A model generated the notes under the pieces. The model had not been told where the DNA came from and made no database searches. It saw only the letters and a program-made list of their open reading frames with translations. Positions 48,419-60,000 of a stretch of DNA of 64,000 bases are shown here, piece after piece. The first letter of the stretch is position 1. Every line of letters begins with the position of its first letter. The stretch covers positions 1 to 64,000 of the IMG/VR virus record IMGVR_UViG_3300033519_000155; one strand, written 5' to 3'. Position numbers and translations under genes: made by a program. The DNA is from a virus (lineage: Duplodnaviria > Caudoviricetes).

Positions 48419-49924
48419 CTATGCCCTTTTGATTGGTGTTCCGGGTTCAAATTCAAGTTCAGTTGCACTGATAGCTTTTCCAACATACTGAACAACATTT
48501 CCTGAACCTGTTGGAACTGTAGTTGTAATTTTTCCTGCGGAAGAAGGATTGAGGAAATATTTTGCCCCTACAGTAAGACCAGAAAGTTGATTGTTTATTC
48601 TTCCGAAGTAAACTAAAGCTGTATCTCCTGTGTTAAATGCTGCAAGAACATAACCTTCGGCAATTTTTCCAGAAGCAGAGGCATCAGCTAATCTTGCTTT
48701 TGCTGCTCCACCATCGTCAAATATGTTAATCATATCTCCTGCTACTACATCTTCAAATGCTGGAAGATTTTTAGCATCTGCCCCGAAACCCGGAGGCATT
48801 ACTGATGGGTCGAGTGTGCCTGTGTCGAGTAAAGCTACTAAGTCTCCAGCGTTACCCACTCCACCAGAAGTAGCTGTCCCTGCTTTTTCTTCGGGAAATC
48901 CGTCTGTTCCTAATTGCAAATATTTTTTCGCTGCCATTTGTTATTCCACCTTTCGTTATTTAAACCCTTGTAAAGGGTAATTTTATATCTATAAAAATCT
49001 TAGTCGGGGTAATTACATACCCTAAAACAAAAACTAAACCTACAGAAGGAGGAGTTTGGGTTAACATTCCATTAGTTCCTAAATATATAGGTTTGTTATA
49101 TTCCCAATTCCAAGAAGGTTCAGTAAATTCACCTTTTACTGCTATGTTTAACCTACTGCCGATATTTTGAACAGCGTGTTTTGATATACCAATAAAGTAT
49201 TTTTTATGCTCTAAATTTGAATTGTCCGCATAATAAGCAGTATTATTATTTACAATAACTGCTCTTTGTCCACCAATAATTTCTCCAGCTAAAACTTCAA
49301 TGTCAGTAGTATAGTAATTAAAGGTATATGTTCCACCTTCAACTATATCTAATTTAGTAACTTGCTTTTGAGTTTTTAGTATAACATTTTTAGTTTCTGC
49401 TTTTAATTTTGTTGGTGTTTTTCTTACAATAAGTTTTACGTTTTCACTGTCCAGAACTTTAACTTTTAAAGGTTTCTTTTCTGTTTTTAATAGTGTAGAG
49501 GAAACAACAGGTTTTACTATTGTTATATCTTTTTCAGTTTTTAAAATCATAAGTTTAATTCCTATCTTGTTACTGCTGGAACTATATTAATTGTTCCTTT
49601 TATTAGTGTTTCTTTTTCATTAGTAATAGAAACCATTTCTAAATCATACACATAAGTATTTTCAAAAGTTGCTGTTTCTAAAGCAGAAAGATTTAAAACT
49701 ATTGTTCCTAAAGCACCACCTAAAACAATGTTTCCTGATGTAGTTGAAAGTTCTTTTACAATATTTGTATCTTCTACAAATTTTCGTATTTGCATTTTTG
49801 CGGTGTAATCTGTAAGATTTATGGGTGTTTCAAGAGCATCATCATCACATAGTGTAAAAGTCATATTAAAATTTCTTGCTTGATTTATTTCTAAATTATA
49901 TTCGATTTCTTTTATTCCTAACAT
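48419..49924 (-). CDS. Three virion/tail-tip structural proteins (48419-48937, 48960-49550, 49562-49924)
   Basis: Beta-rich; GAKYFL..G.ITT and KPIYLGTNG motifs typical of fibre-associated proteins; context. Confidence 0.6.
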
Positions 49925-49991
49925 TGACAGTCTCCTTATTTTTTATTTATTATAACAGGTTATTTTTAATAGTAAAACACTTATTTTAATT

Positions 49992-50957
49992 TTATTGAGA
50001 AATTCCAAAAATTCCTAGACAGTAATAATATCTATACTTAGAGGTAAGAGGATAAATAATTTCTAAATTTCCAGTTTGTATATCAAATCTATGAATATTA
50101 TGAGGGTGTGTTAAATCTCCAGATAATACAAATAGTTTTCCCTGATATGAAACAACATCTATTGCCTGCCCGGTTGAACTTTCAAAATACATACCTGAAC
50201 CATCAAAATCCCCAACAGACCCAAGATAATTTAAAGTGTTAGCATCAAATTTAAAAAGGCATTTAATGTTTTGCGCACCCACTACCTGAGAGGTATCACA
50301 CCGACCCCAAGCGTATAAATACCCCTGATAGTAAAATATTTTACTAATTCCATACCACCCTGAGTTATTTACGTTAATCGGAGAAATAGTTTGGTGTTGC
50401 AAAATTATATCTGCCGAACCTGAAACAATTTCAACCTTTACAAGACCAAGAGAAAGGTCTTTATTATACTTTAAATATAAATATCTTGACTCATTCCCAA
50501 CGGCAATTTTCACATCTTCTAAATGTCCAGAAGGAATTAAATCTGGAAAAGTAGAAAATTTAAAAACATCTGTGGCATAATCAGGATGCCAAAATAATAT
50601 TACAATTCCTCTGTTTGATAAATCACAGGCAACAAAATGACCTTTTTTATTCACGCATATTATGTCTGTTAAATTATAATTATTAAAAAGACCAGACATT
50701 TGAGTTAAATCATAAGTTCTTATTCTTCCCGGAATTATTTCTGAAATTCGAGGATACTCAGGGTCTCCAAAACCAATAGTGGGATAATGTTTTCTATGAT
50801 AGTAAGTATAGTAAACATCTCTTTCTCCAGCAGCTTTATGAACATAAGCAAGATTGCTTTTATCTGGAATAGCGTCTGTTATTATATTTTGTTGAGATGT
50901 TAAGTTAGAGTCAAGTTTTATTAGCTCTCTCCAAGACATCGGAATTCCACTACCCAT
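49992..50957 (-). CDS. Putative receptor-binding/beta-propeller-like protein, copy B
   Basis: Paralog of 51353-52300 (RDVYY, PRI.EI.PGR.R, LGLVK.EIV.G, KFDANTL.YLG). Confidence 0.55.
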   Translation of the reverse strand: MGSGIPMSWRELIKLDSNLTSQQNIITDAIPDKSNLAYVHKAAGERDVYYTYYHRKHYPTIGFGDPEYPRISEIIPGRIRTYDLTQMSGLFNNYNLTDIICVNKKGHFVACDLSNRGIVILFWHPDYATDVFKFSTFPDLIPSGHLEDVKIAVGNESRYLYLKYNKDLSLGLVKVEIVSGSADIILQHQTISPINVNNSGWYGISKIFYYQGYLYAWGRCDTSQVVGAQNIKCLFKFDANTLNYLGSVGDFDGSGMYFESSTGQAIDVVSYQGKLFVLSGDLTHPHNIHRFDIQTGNLEIIYPLTSKYRYYYCLGIFGISQ

Positions 50958-50971
50958 AATTTACACACCCT

Positions 50972-51328
50972 TTAACCGGGTTCTCCTCCTTCAATGTAAT
51001 GAGAAAACACCTGTATTCCAAAAGGAATTCCCCCACCATAACCTCTTTCTTTTTCTGGAGATAAAGTCCAGTTTGAAAGAGAAGTTATCTGAGGCATATT
51101 TTTATTTCCATTTAAATAGTAAACGATTACATCGTCTTTTTCTTTTAAAATTAAATCGGAAGAAACTCTAGGAACTCTTACCAATTCAGCATTTCTTGAC
51201 ATAATTAAAACATTATAGAACCCATCAGTATAATCTCTGGTAATCTGCCCTGTTTCATTTTGGACTCCTTCAATTACGGCACGTCTGGCAACATAATTTC
51301 CTCTTTCGATATTTGACATTAAATCCAT
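50972..51328 (-). CDS. 118-aa adaptor-like protein, copy B
   Basis: Near-identical paralog of 52314-52670. Confidence 0.7.
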   Translation of the reverse strand: MDLMSNIERGNYVARRAVIEGVQNETGQITRDYTDGFYNVLIMSRNAELVRVPRVSSDLILKEKDDVIVYYLNGNKNMPQITSLSNWTLSPEKERGYGGGIPFGIQVFSHYIEGGEPG

Positions 51329-51352
51329 TGTTTATTATCCTTTTATTTTAAA

Positions 51353-52300
51353 TTATTGTGAAATTCCAAAAACTCCTATTGCCCCATTAGACCCATATTT
51401 ATTTACTATATCTATTGAGTTTTCTAACACACCTGTTTGAAAATTAAATTTATGTATTTGCAACATTTTACAAACAAAAACTTTATCTTGATAAAATGTA
51501 ATTTTATCTTTTGTGCTAATAAGTAATTCTCCATAAGCTGTTTCTATATGACCAAGATATTCAAGAGTATTTGCATCGAACTTATGTATGTATTTATATA
51601 AAGGATTAAGACGTTCTCCTGTATTAACTTCTCCAATAGCATAAATGTAACCGTTATAGTAATGAAATTTGTGTAATCCAATCCAACCTGTGCTACCAGT
51701 TCCATCAAATGTAGGAATAATATTTTGATTTACTATTATGTCAGTCCCACCATTAACTATTTCAAGTTTCACTAATCCTAATACTCCTGCATTAACATTA
51801 GGCATATAACTAACAAAAATATATTTTCCATCAGGTGTTCCACAAATATGTAGATATTCTATATTATTAGTGTCTAAATTTGGAAAAAACGAATACCGAA
51901 TATCACCATCTGCTAATTCTTTATACATATATTGTATTACTATGCCTTTGTAAGTTTTATCACGAAATAAAAATAATCCTCTTTTATTTAGACACACTAA
52001 ATCATAAAACTCAATTCCATAATAATTAATAACTTCTCCACAAGCATCAGCATCCATAATTCGTTTTCTTCCCGGTGTTATTTCTGCTATACGAGGAAGA
52101 GTTTCCCAATCAAAAAATTGCCCATCCCACTCCCAAAAATACATATAATATACATCTCTATCTCCTGCAACAGCTTTTACATGACCTGTTTTTTTTGTCT
52201 CTATAAGAGGCACAGCAGTCGTTATAATGTTTTTATTGTTTTCTAAATTTGTATTACAATTTGTAAGTTGTTTGAATTCCGAAAACGTTGACCAAGCCAA
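51353..52300 (-). CDS. Putative receptor-binding/beta-propeller-like protein, copy A
   Basis: Paralog of 49992-50957. Confidence 0.55.
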   Translation of the reverse strand: MAWSTFSEFKQLTNCNTNLENNKNIITTAVPLIETKKTGHVKAVAGDRDVYYMYFWEWDGQFFDWETLPRIAEITPGRKRIMDADACGEVINYYGIEFYDLVCLNKRGLFLFRDKTYKGIVIQYMYKELADGDIRYSFFPNLDTNNIEYLHICGTPDGKYIFVSYMPNVNAGVLGLVKLEIVNGGTDIIVNQNIIPTFDGTGSTGWIGLHKFHYYNGYIYAIGEVNTGERLNPLYKYIHKFDANTLEYLGHIETAYGELLISTKDKITFYQDKVFVCKMLQIHKFNFQTGVLENSIDIVNKYGSNGAIGVFGISQ

Positions 52301-52313
52301 AATTTACCACTCC

Positions 52314-52670
52314 TTATTCGGGTTCTGTCCCTGCCATGTAAGTTACAAACATATTAATTCCAAAAGGAATTCCTCCACCATAACCTTTCTCTTTCTCAGG
52401 AGATAAAGTCCAATTAGAAAGAGAAACTATTTGAGGCATGTTCTTGTTACCATTAATATAATAAACAACTACATCATCTTTATCCTTTAAAACTAAGGAA
52501 GATGCAACTCTTGGGACTCTTACCAGTTCCTCATTTCTTGCAGTAATTAATACATCATAAAACCCATCAGTATAATCTCTGGTAATCTGCCCTGTTTCAT
52601 TTTGAACACCTTCAATTACTGCTCTCCGAGCAACGTAATTTCCACGTTCAATATTCGTCATTGAGTCCAT
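52314..52670 (-). CDS. 118-aa adaptor-like protein, copy A
   Basis: NIERGNYVARRAVIEGVQNETGQITRDYTDGFY shared verbatim with copy B. Confidence 0.7.
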   Translation of the reverse strand: MDSMTNIERGNYVARRAVIEGVQNETGQITRDYTDGFYDVLITARNEELVRVPRVASSLVLKDKDDVVVYYINGNKNMPQIVSLSNWTLSPEKEKGYGGGIPFGINMFVTYMAGTEPE

Positions 52671-55600
52671 TATGAATTGTCCTTTCCGATGCCTTTTAGG
52701 GTAATTCCATAATCACTTTTATCTGCGGAAATTTCAAATTTCAAGCTATCTATTGGTTCAAATACAGTCATATTTTTTGCTGAAATAGGCATTGATAAAT
52801 ATTTTCCCGGTTCAAGCTGAAACATCGGAGGGGCAAGAACATTAATATCAAGATTTCTTTTAGTTTTTTGAATTGCTATTTGTCCAATTCTAAAAGCAGT
52901 ATCTTCATCTTTAACATTATTATTTATAATATTTTCTTTTCCTCTAAGTTCACCATTACCCATAGTATCCCTGTGAAAGGTATCTACGACTTTAAGATTT
53001 ATTCCTGCTTGTAATGCTTTTCTTTGCTCTAAATATTCAGGTTCAGCATCAACAGTCGGGGGAAATGGGTCTGGAACTGGTGTAACTATAGGTTTCTGTG
53101 TTGGTGCAGTATAAGGAGTTAAAGGTATCCATGTATAAAAATCTAATGCTGCGGTGTCAGGATATTGATTTAAAAATCCTATTTTTCCATCAGAAGAAAA
53201 AGCATTATAATTTTGGTTTAAAAACCACTGATTGTTGAAATCATCAAGTAAAAAATTTTGTCCATTTCCTGTATAAGCAGCAGTTTTATAATCATCAACA
53301 GAATAACCATCCAACCAAGCTTTAAAAATAGGAGTTGTATTTGCGTAGAAAGCTATACCTGTGCAATTTTTACCGCTAGCGTCAACACCAATGTGTTTTA
53401 TTCTTATAGTAGGTTTTCCTGATGTTCCATTAGTAAGAAAATAAAAAAATCCTCTTTTTCTTGGAAAAGGCATCGTAGAAGTTGCCATATTTCCGTTTGC
53501 ATACACATATTTTTCTGAAACATATTGAAGTTTTGTTGGGTCAACATATAGATAAGGATAATATTGATACAATCCACCATCCTGTATCCAAATCTGACCT
53601 ATATTTACACTACTAATAGTCCGATATTCCGGTGTAGGGTCGTTTCCTTCTGTTCTAAAATAAGAAGGATTTAATTTAATTGTTCCAGTTGTTCCGGGTT
53701 CATTTTTTAAAGCACTAAAATAAAGAACTTTTCCACCGGGAGGGGTTTCTGTTGACGATGGATTATTATGAATAAGATTAATCATTTGAGGAAGTAAAGA
53801 TTTCATTTCCAAAAGGTTTAATCTTATTCTGACATTTTTAGTTAATGTATTTGCGGAACTTCCCTCCATTACAGGCATTACACAACCTCCTCATAATATG
53901 TGGCAACCTTAATTAGTTTCACAACATTCACAGTATTTATCCTATCAACATCATTATCTGATACATCAATATCCCCTCTGGTTAATGACTCAGGTAAAAA
54001 GAAATCAGCATTTTCAGGATATTCTTCTTCCAGAAGCATAGGTCTAATTTCAAGACTTAACCTATCCGCATCTAAAGGAATAATTACCCAATATGCAGGA
54101 ACAGCTTGACAGATTTCTTCAATAGTTTTTATTGGTTCAGCATCTTGAAAATTAAATTCAGTATATAAATTAAAGTCTGTAAACTTACATTTTATTGGAA
54201 AATAATCTCTTGCAACTTTAGTATTTTGACTATCTATTACTTTTTTAGCAATGTCATTAATTAACCATTGTGCTGTGTAAGGATTTTGAATAAGAACAGG
54301 GAATTTATCACTTACCCCCTGTGACCATTTAGTATCTGTAAGTTCTAATATTTTTGTATTCTTATCCAATTTATAGTTATTTTCTTGGTCTAGGGCATTT
54401 ACAAATACTTTAGTTATGCCATATCTTGCCTCTGTTATAGTAAGAGAATTTGCTATAAAATGCCTTCCTGTGTTTAATGGGGCAGTTGCTACTCTTGCAA
54501 GACATTCTTCTGCACAATAAGATTTAAAGTTAACATTTCTGAATAAATATTCACTAATTTCATCAACACCAGAATAAGTTACTTCTGTTGTTCCCTCAAT
54601 TTGTTTAATTACGAGTCTTGGAAATATTCTGTAATAAATTTCTGAACCGCATTTTGCCATAAATACTATTTTTAGAAAATGCCGTTGTCCAAGTTCCGCA
54701 GAATAAATTCCTTTTTTTAATTTTTGAGAAATTGAATTTGCAGGATTGGTATAATATCTGGAAAAATTACATAAGGTAACAGAAAAAGAAATAGGTTTAT
54801 TCTTACCCCAATCTACAGAAACCGCAATAACATCTTGATAATTTATTAATGTTTCTTTTGTGGTTTTATTATCAGGAGTTTGCACGTAAACACAAACATA
54901 AAATTCTGCTAAATATTCATCAAGAATAGGTTCATCTAAAGAACCTTTCTGCATTGAGGGAAAGTATAATTCCTTTCCATAGGTCGCTGTAATTGGAATA
55001 GCTTTTGACCAATTTCTAGGAATAAATCCAATATCATTTTGAACTCTTGGTAAATCTTCATAAACTGCCCCTATTAATTTTGTGTCAAAGTAAAATTTAT
55101 GATATTCTCCTATAACTTTATTAATGTTATCTTTATTCCATTCTAAATGATTGTTTGTGTATTTAGAAGTTATTTTTTGTCCTTCTGTTCCACCATAAAA
55201 ACTTGAAAACTCATATTCACTTTCAATGTAAGGACTTTCATCTAACTCGGAAGCTAAATGATTACTTGTTAATTTACTCTGTGTAATTGGAGAATTATCT
55301 GAATTCCAGTCCATAAAATTACTCCTTAATCATTTCCATAGAAAAAGAATGTGGTTTGTCTGGTGTTACCATTTGCGTCTTTTGTTCTGGAGGGTCTTAA
55401 CATTGCCCAAAAAGGTAATGTTGCATCAGTATCTAAATCACCAAGTAACAAATCTGAATTTGTTAAAGTGTTTCCATCATAATTATTTTCGTCTGCTTCT
55501 TTTGCTAAGTATAAATCTTCTATTTCATCAGAAATTACAACAGTTGAAGTATTTCCATCAGCAGTAAGAGCAGAAAATCTAATATTCATTCCGAATATTT

Positions 55601-57065
55601 CATTATTAGTTGTGCCATCACAAACTATTGTAAATTCTTGCGTTTCATTTTCAGGAGTGGTGACATTTACGGTTGTGGAACTGGTAAAAGCAAAAGAGTA
55701 TGTTCCTATAAGAGGTAATTTATAAGCACCTTCAAATAATATATCAAAATCGTCAGGACTTTCACCCTCGTAAGGGTCATCATTAAATGCCACGAATCCA
55801 GCATTAGGGTATTCACATTCTGTAATATCTGTTTTCTCAATATATTCAACATCTTTGTTCCACCTGTAGTATTTTGCAATATGATTGGGGTCAAAATTAT
55901 TCCACCCTGTTTTAGCATAAGCACCAAGAATAGCTTTAGGTGTAGTATAAAGATGTTCTACATAAATATTATTTAATATTGCTCTTGTAGTGCAACCAAC
56001 ACATTTAAATCTTATCCATAGCATCATTTTATTATTTATTTTGTTTCGTAACCATTCATCTCTATTAATATCTAAAAATAATCTTCCGTTCTGAGTCATT
56101 CCTAAAGTTGCGTCATCTAAAAATGAAGTAAACCAGTCTGTTCCATTAAATATCTCAATTCCAAGAGTATCGTATTCTCCGACTGTAGCAAAATCGAAAT
56201 AAATTCTTCTGTAAAATTGATTTAACCCTACGTAAAAGAAATCATCTGCTCCACTTAGAAAAGGAATTTCCCCTGTAGGTAATTCTGCGTAATTTCCAGA
56301 GGTATATAAAAGACAGGTAAGTCTTGAAGTATTTTTTGTAACTATTTTATGACTTTCTTTTGCTTTATACACCTGTTTGATATTATCCATAGCATCGGCA
56401 CGAATAATATCAACTCCAGTAAGGGCATTTCCCGAAGTGTTTGTATATGTGCCATTTTTTAGTCCGGGAAATAATGAAACTTTAAAAGCACCAATAGGAC
56501 TTCCTATATTATTTTTTACTCCCAATCTTTTTGCTTTTTCATTTCCGGGAATAACTATTCCGAAATCGTGCGATTGAATAATTTCTAATTGGTCGCTGTT
56601 TAATAAATCAATAAAACTCATGTCGATACTCCTTTATAATATTTGTATTACTAACAAACTTAATGTAAATGAATAAATTTCTATATTATCTATAGCACCA
56701 CCAGAAGGTGTTCCATCAAAATCTTCAATTATTACTCTATACTCTCTGTAAGAGTCATTAGTGTAATATCTACGCAAAATCTTGTGTGTTGCAGGTTTTT
56801 CCTTATACCAAGCATCAAATTCTTCAAATAAAGTTCTACTCATCCAATCCCCTTCGACAACTATTTTACTTCCTCGTTCACTAACACCTCTGTCAAGGAA
56901 AGTATCTACAGAAGGAAGAGGATTTCCTGAACCGTCATAACTTGGTGCAGAAGAGCAGGATATAATTCTTTTAGATGCTCTTGGAACAGGACTAAAATAA
57001 GGTTCGTAATCAAAATACTTAATTGTTGTTCTGGTTAAATTTGCTAAAAAAGACTGACTTGCCAT
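52670..57065 (-). CDS. Tail tip/hub proteins (52670-53878, 53878-55314, 55326-56621, 56634-57065)
   Basis: Synteny directly downstream of tape measure gene. Confidence 0.65.
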
Positions 57066-60000
57066 TTATAAAATACTCCTTCCGTAATACTTAGAAGCTA
57101 TTACAGAATTTACTAATCCTCTTGTGTTCTGTTTAATATCTCCATTCGGTTTCACTGACTTATTATCAATATACGCATTATAAGAATTACCTTGTGCAGT
57201 TGCTAAAGATTTCTTTATGTCTCCCAAAAGTCCTGCTACTCCATCTTTTAATTCTGAGAAAAATTGTTTTGTTTCTCCAGAAGGCATTGTTACAGTTTGT
57301 TTGCTCTGTAAGTTTGCCATATTGTATCCTTCTTTCTGGACAAGTATATTTTGCGTTTGCACACCACTTACCATACCAGTTCTGAAGTAATTTGTAAAGT
57401 CCTCAACTGATTTTGCTACAAGTTTTGTTCCAAATCTTTCTCCTGCTTCTTGTGCCATTCTATCATTAGAAGGATTATCAAATCCATACAAAGGTTTAAA
57501 TGTGTAAATTACTCCAGAACTTTGTTGACCTGAAGGACCAGAAATTGCACCGGGCATTTGTGGAGCTTGCCCTAATCCTGAAGAAACTGTTGCAGAATTT
57601 ACTCCTATACCACTTACTGTAACACCAATACCACTTAATCCTCCTGTTGCCTGTGTGGGTCTTCCCATATTTGCTTCATTTTGTGCTTGAATTAAAGGAT
57701 TAAGTGTTTCTACTTGTGATTGAATTGCCGCAGTTTGTTTGCTTAATATATCTGTTTGTTCTTTTAATACTTCATCATCTAATGTTCCTTGAATATTAGT
57801 ATCAACAGTTTGATTTGGTTGACTAAACCTACTCCCAGTATCATTAAGCTGCTGTAATTTACCTTTATTTTTTTCTATTTCCGCATAATTAGCTTTGACC
57901 TGTGCTGCGTTATCATTAGCAATTTTAGTTGATATTTGAACATTATCAATTTGACTCTGTAAATCTGTTACAGATTTACCCAATGATTGATAAGTTGATA
58001 AAATACTTTTTCCTGTATCAGATAAATACTGACCCTGTTTTGCGTTTTCTTGAAGAACCAAACCAATTTTTCTGTATTCTTCTAACATTGCTTTAGTAGA
58101 GGACATTCTTTTAGCAAAATATATTTCTTCAGAAATAATTTCTGCATCTACGAGCATACGTAAAAGTTCATCTTCTAAATCATATCTATCCTTTATTCTA
58201 TTTAATTTTGCTTCATCTTCTTTAGACCAGAAAGTTGCTTCTTTGTCTAATTGCTCTTGCATTTTAGCTTCTTTATCAGTAATTCTTTTTGTTTCTGCTG
58301 CGTCTTTGTCTGCTATATATTTTTCTTCCAGAGCTTTTTTCTGAATTTGATACCATTCATCTACTTGATACCTGCTTAAACCCATAGCTTCATAAGCTTT
58401 TTTCTGTTTATCTAAAGACTCTAAAGCATTTTTATAGTCTATTTCATAAGCTCTATAATTTGCTTCTGCTATAGCATATTCTAATGCTTTTGCTGCTTCT
58501 GCTTTTTCTGCATCTTTAGCTTTCTGAGCTTCAACCATCTCAGTATAACGAGCTAAACTTGATTGATAAACCTCAGAATATTTACCTTTCATAGCTTCAG
58601 CGTAATCTTTATCTATTTCTGCCCTGCGTTTAGTGAACCATTCTTCTACTTTTACTCTTTCTATTCCACCCTGAAGATATTTTTGTGCTTGTTCTTTTGC
58701 AGAATAAATTGACTGTTCTCTGGAAAGTTCTTCATTACCTTTTTCCATTCGAGTCTTTTCCCAATAGAAATCTAAAGCGGTTTCTTTTCTTGTTCCTGCA
58801 CTAATAATAGCATTTGTATTAACACTATCAAGGAAACCATAAGGTTTTTTAGGGTCTTCAAAAGTTAAGAGTAAATCGGAAGAAATATCAGCAGATTTTT
58901 CAGTGTTTATGGTTGTTAACTTTGCCTGTGCTAAGATTGCATCAAGAGTCTTTGCTGCTTCTGATAATCCTGTTTCTATGATTGTGTAAGGAGAATAAGA
59001 TTGAGTTTCCATACCAGAAGAAACATATCCACTCTCTCCAGTTTTTAAAGAAGAACCGTATTGTGCTACTGCTTCAACTGTCCCTGCTTTGAAATAATTT
59101 GCTAAATCCTGTGAACTTTTATTAATAGTTTGTAAAGCCGTATCATATCCTGCCTTTATTGCCATAGCATCATTTACAGGGTCATCAAATCCTAAAATTT
59201 GAGCATTTGACAGAGTTTTGGTCGATGCTTTTTGCCTACCACTAACTCCGGGAGGGGCATTTACTTTTATAGTGGTAGTTAAATCAACTTTAGTGGGTTC
59301 TTTTTGTGCTTCTATTAATTTCCCAAACATGTTATTTACATCAGGGTTATTCCACATGTTTTTTACTATATCTTCACGCTCGGAATATGATTTATTGGTA
59401 GAATATTGACTCCCACCTGAAATAGATGTGCTTTTATTAGATGTTCCTTTATTTTTTCCAAAAGCAGATAAGTCTAAAGTATTTAATGCTTCTGACATAT
59501 CCATGAAGTTACCAAGACCACTTACCTGCGGTGCAGTAATTGTATTTATAGTTCTGAGTGAATTTGCAAGTTCATTAGCGGATTTAACAGACCCATCAAG
59601 ACCTGTTTTCATTGAATTAATATTTCCTGCTACACCTGTGGAAGCATCAGCAACAATACCTAATTCTTCTCCCATTTTTTGAATTGCTGTGTTTATGTCA
59701 TTTGTTGAAGCAACACCATTTACCATTGTAAAACCAAATTTTTGAAGTTCTGCCACATTCTTTTTTAAACTTTGATAATATGCTTCTTGTTCACCTGATA
59801 ATTTATTTCCTGAATTTATAAAATCTTGTGCTTTTTTTAACCATTCCAGAGCAGCAGGATTTACAGACTCTTTTAAATATCTTATAGCATTATTAGTAAC
59901 TGTCTGAGCATTAATAGAAGTATCTCCCATAGCAACCCTTAATTTTTGAGAGTCTATATAATTAGCATAAGCTAAATCTGCTCGTTCACGTTCTTTTATA

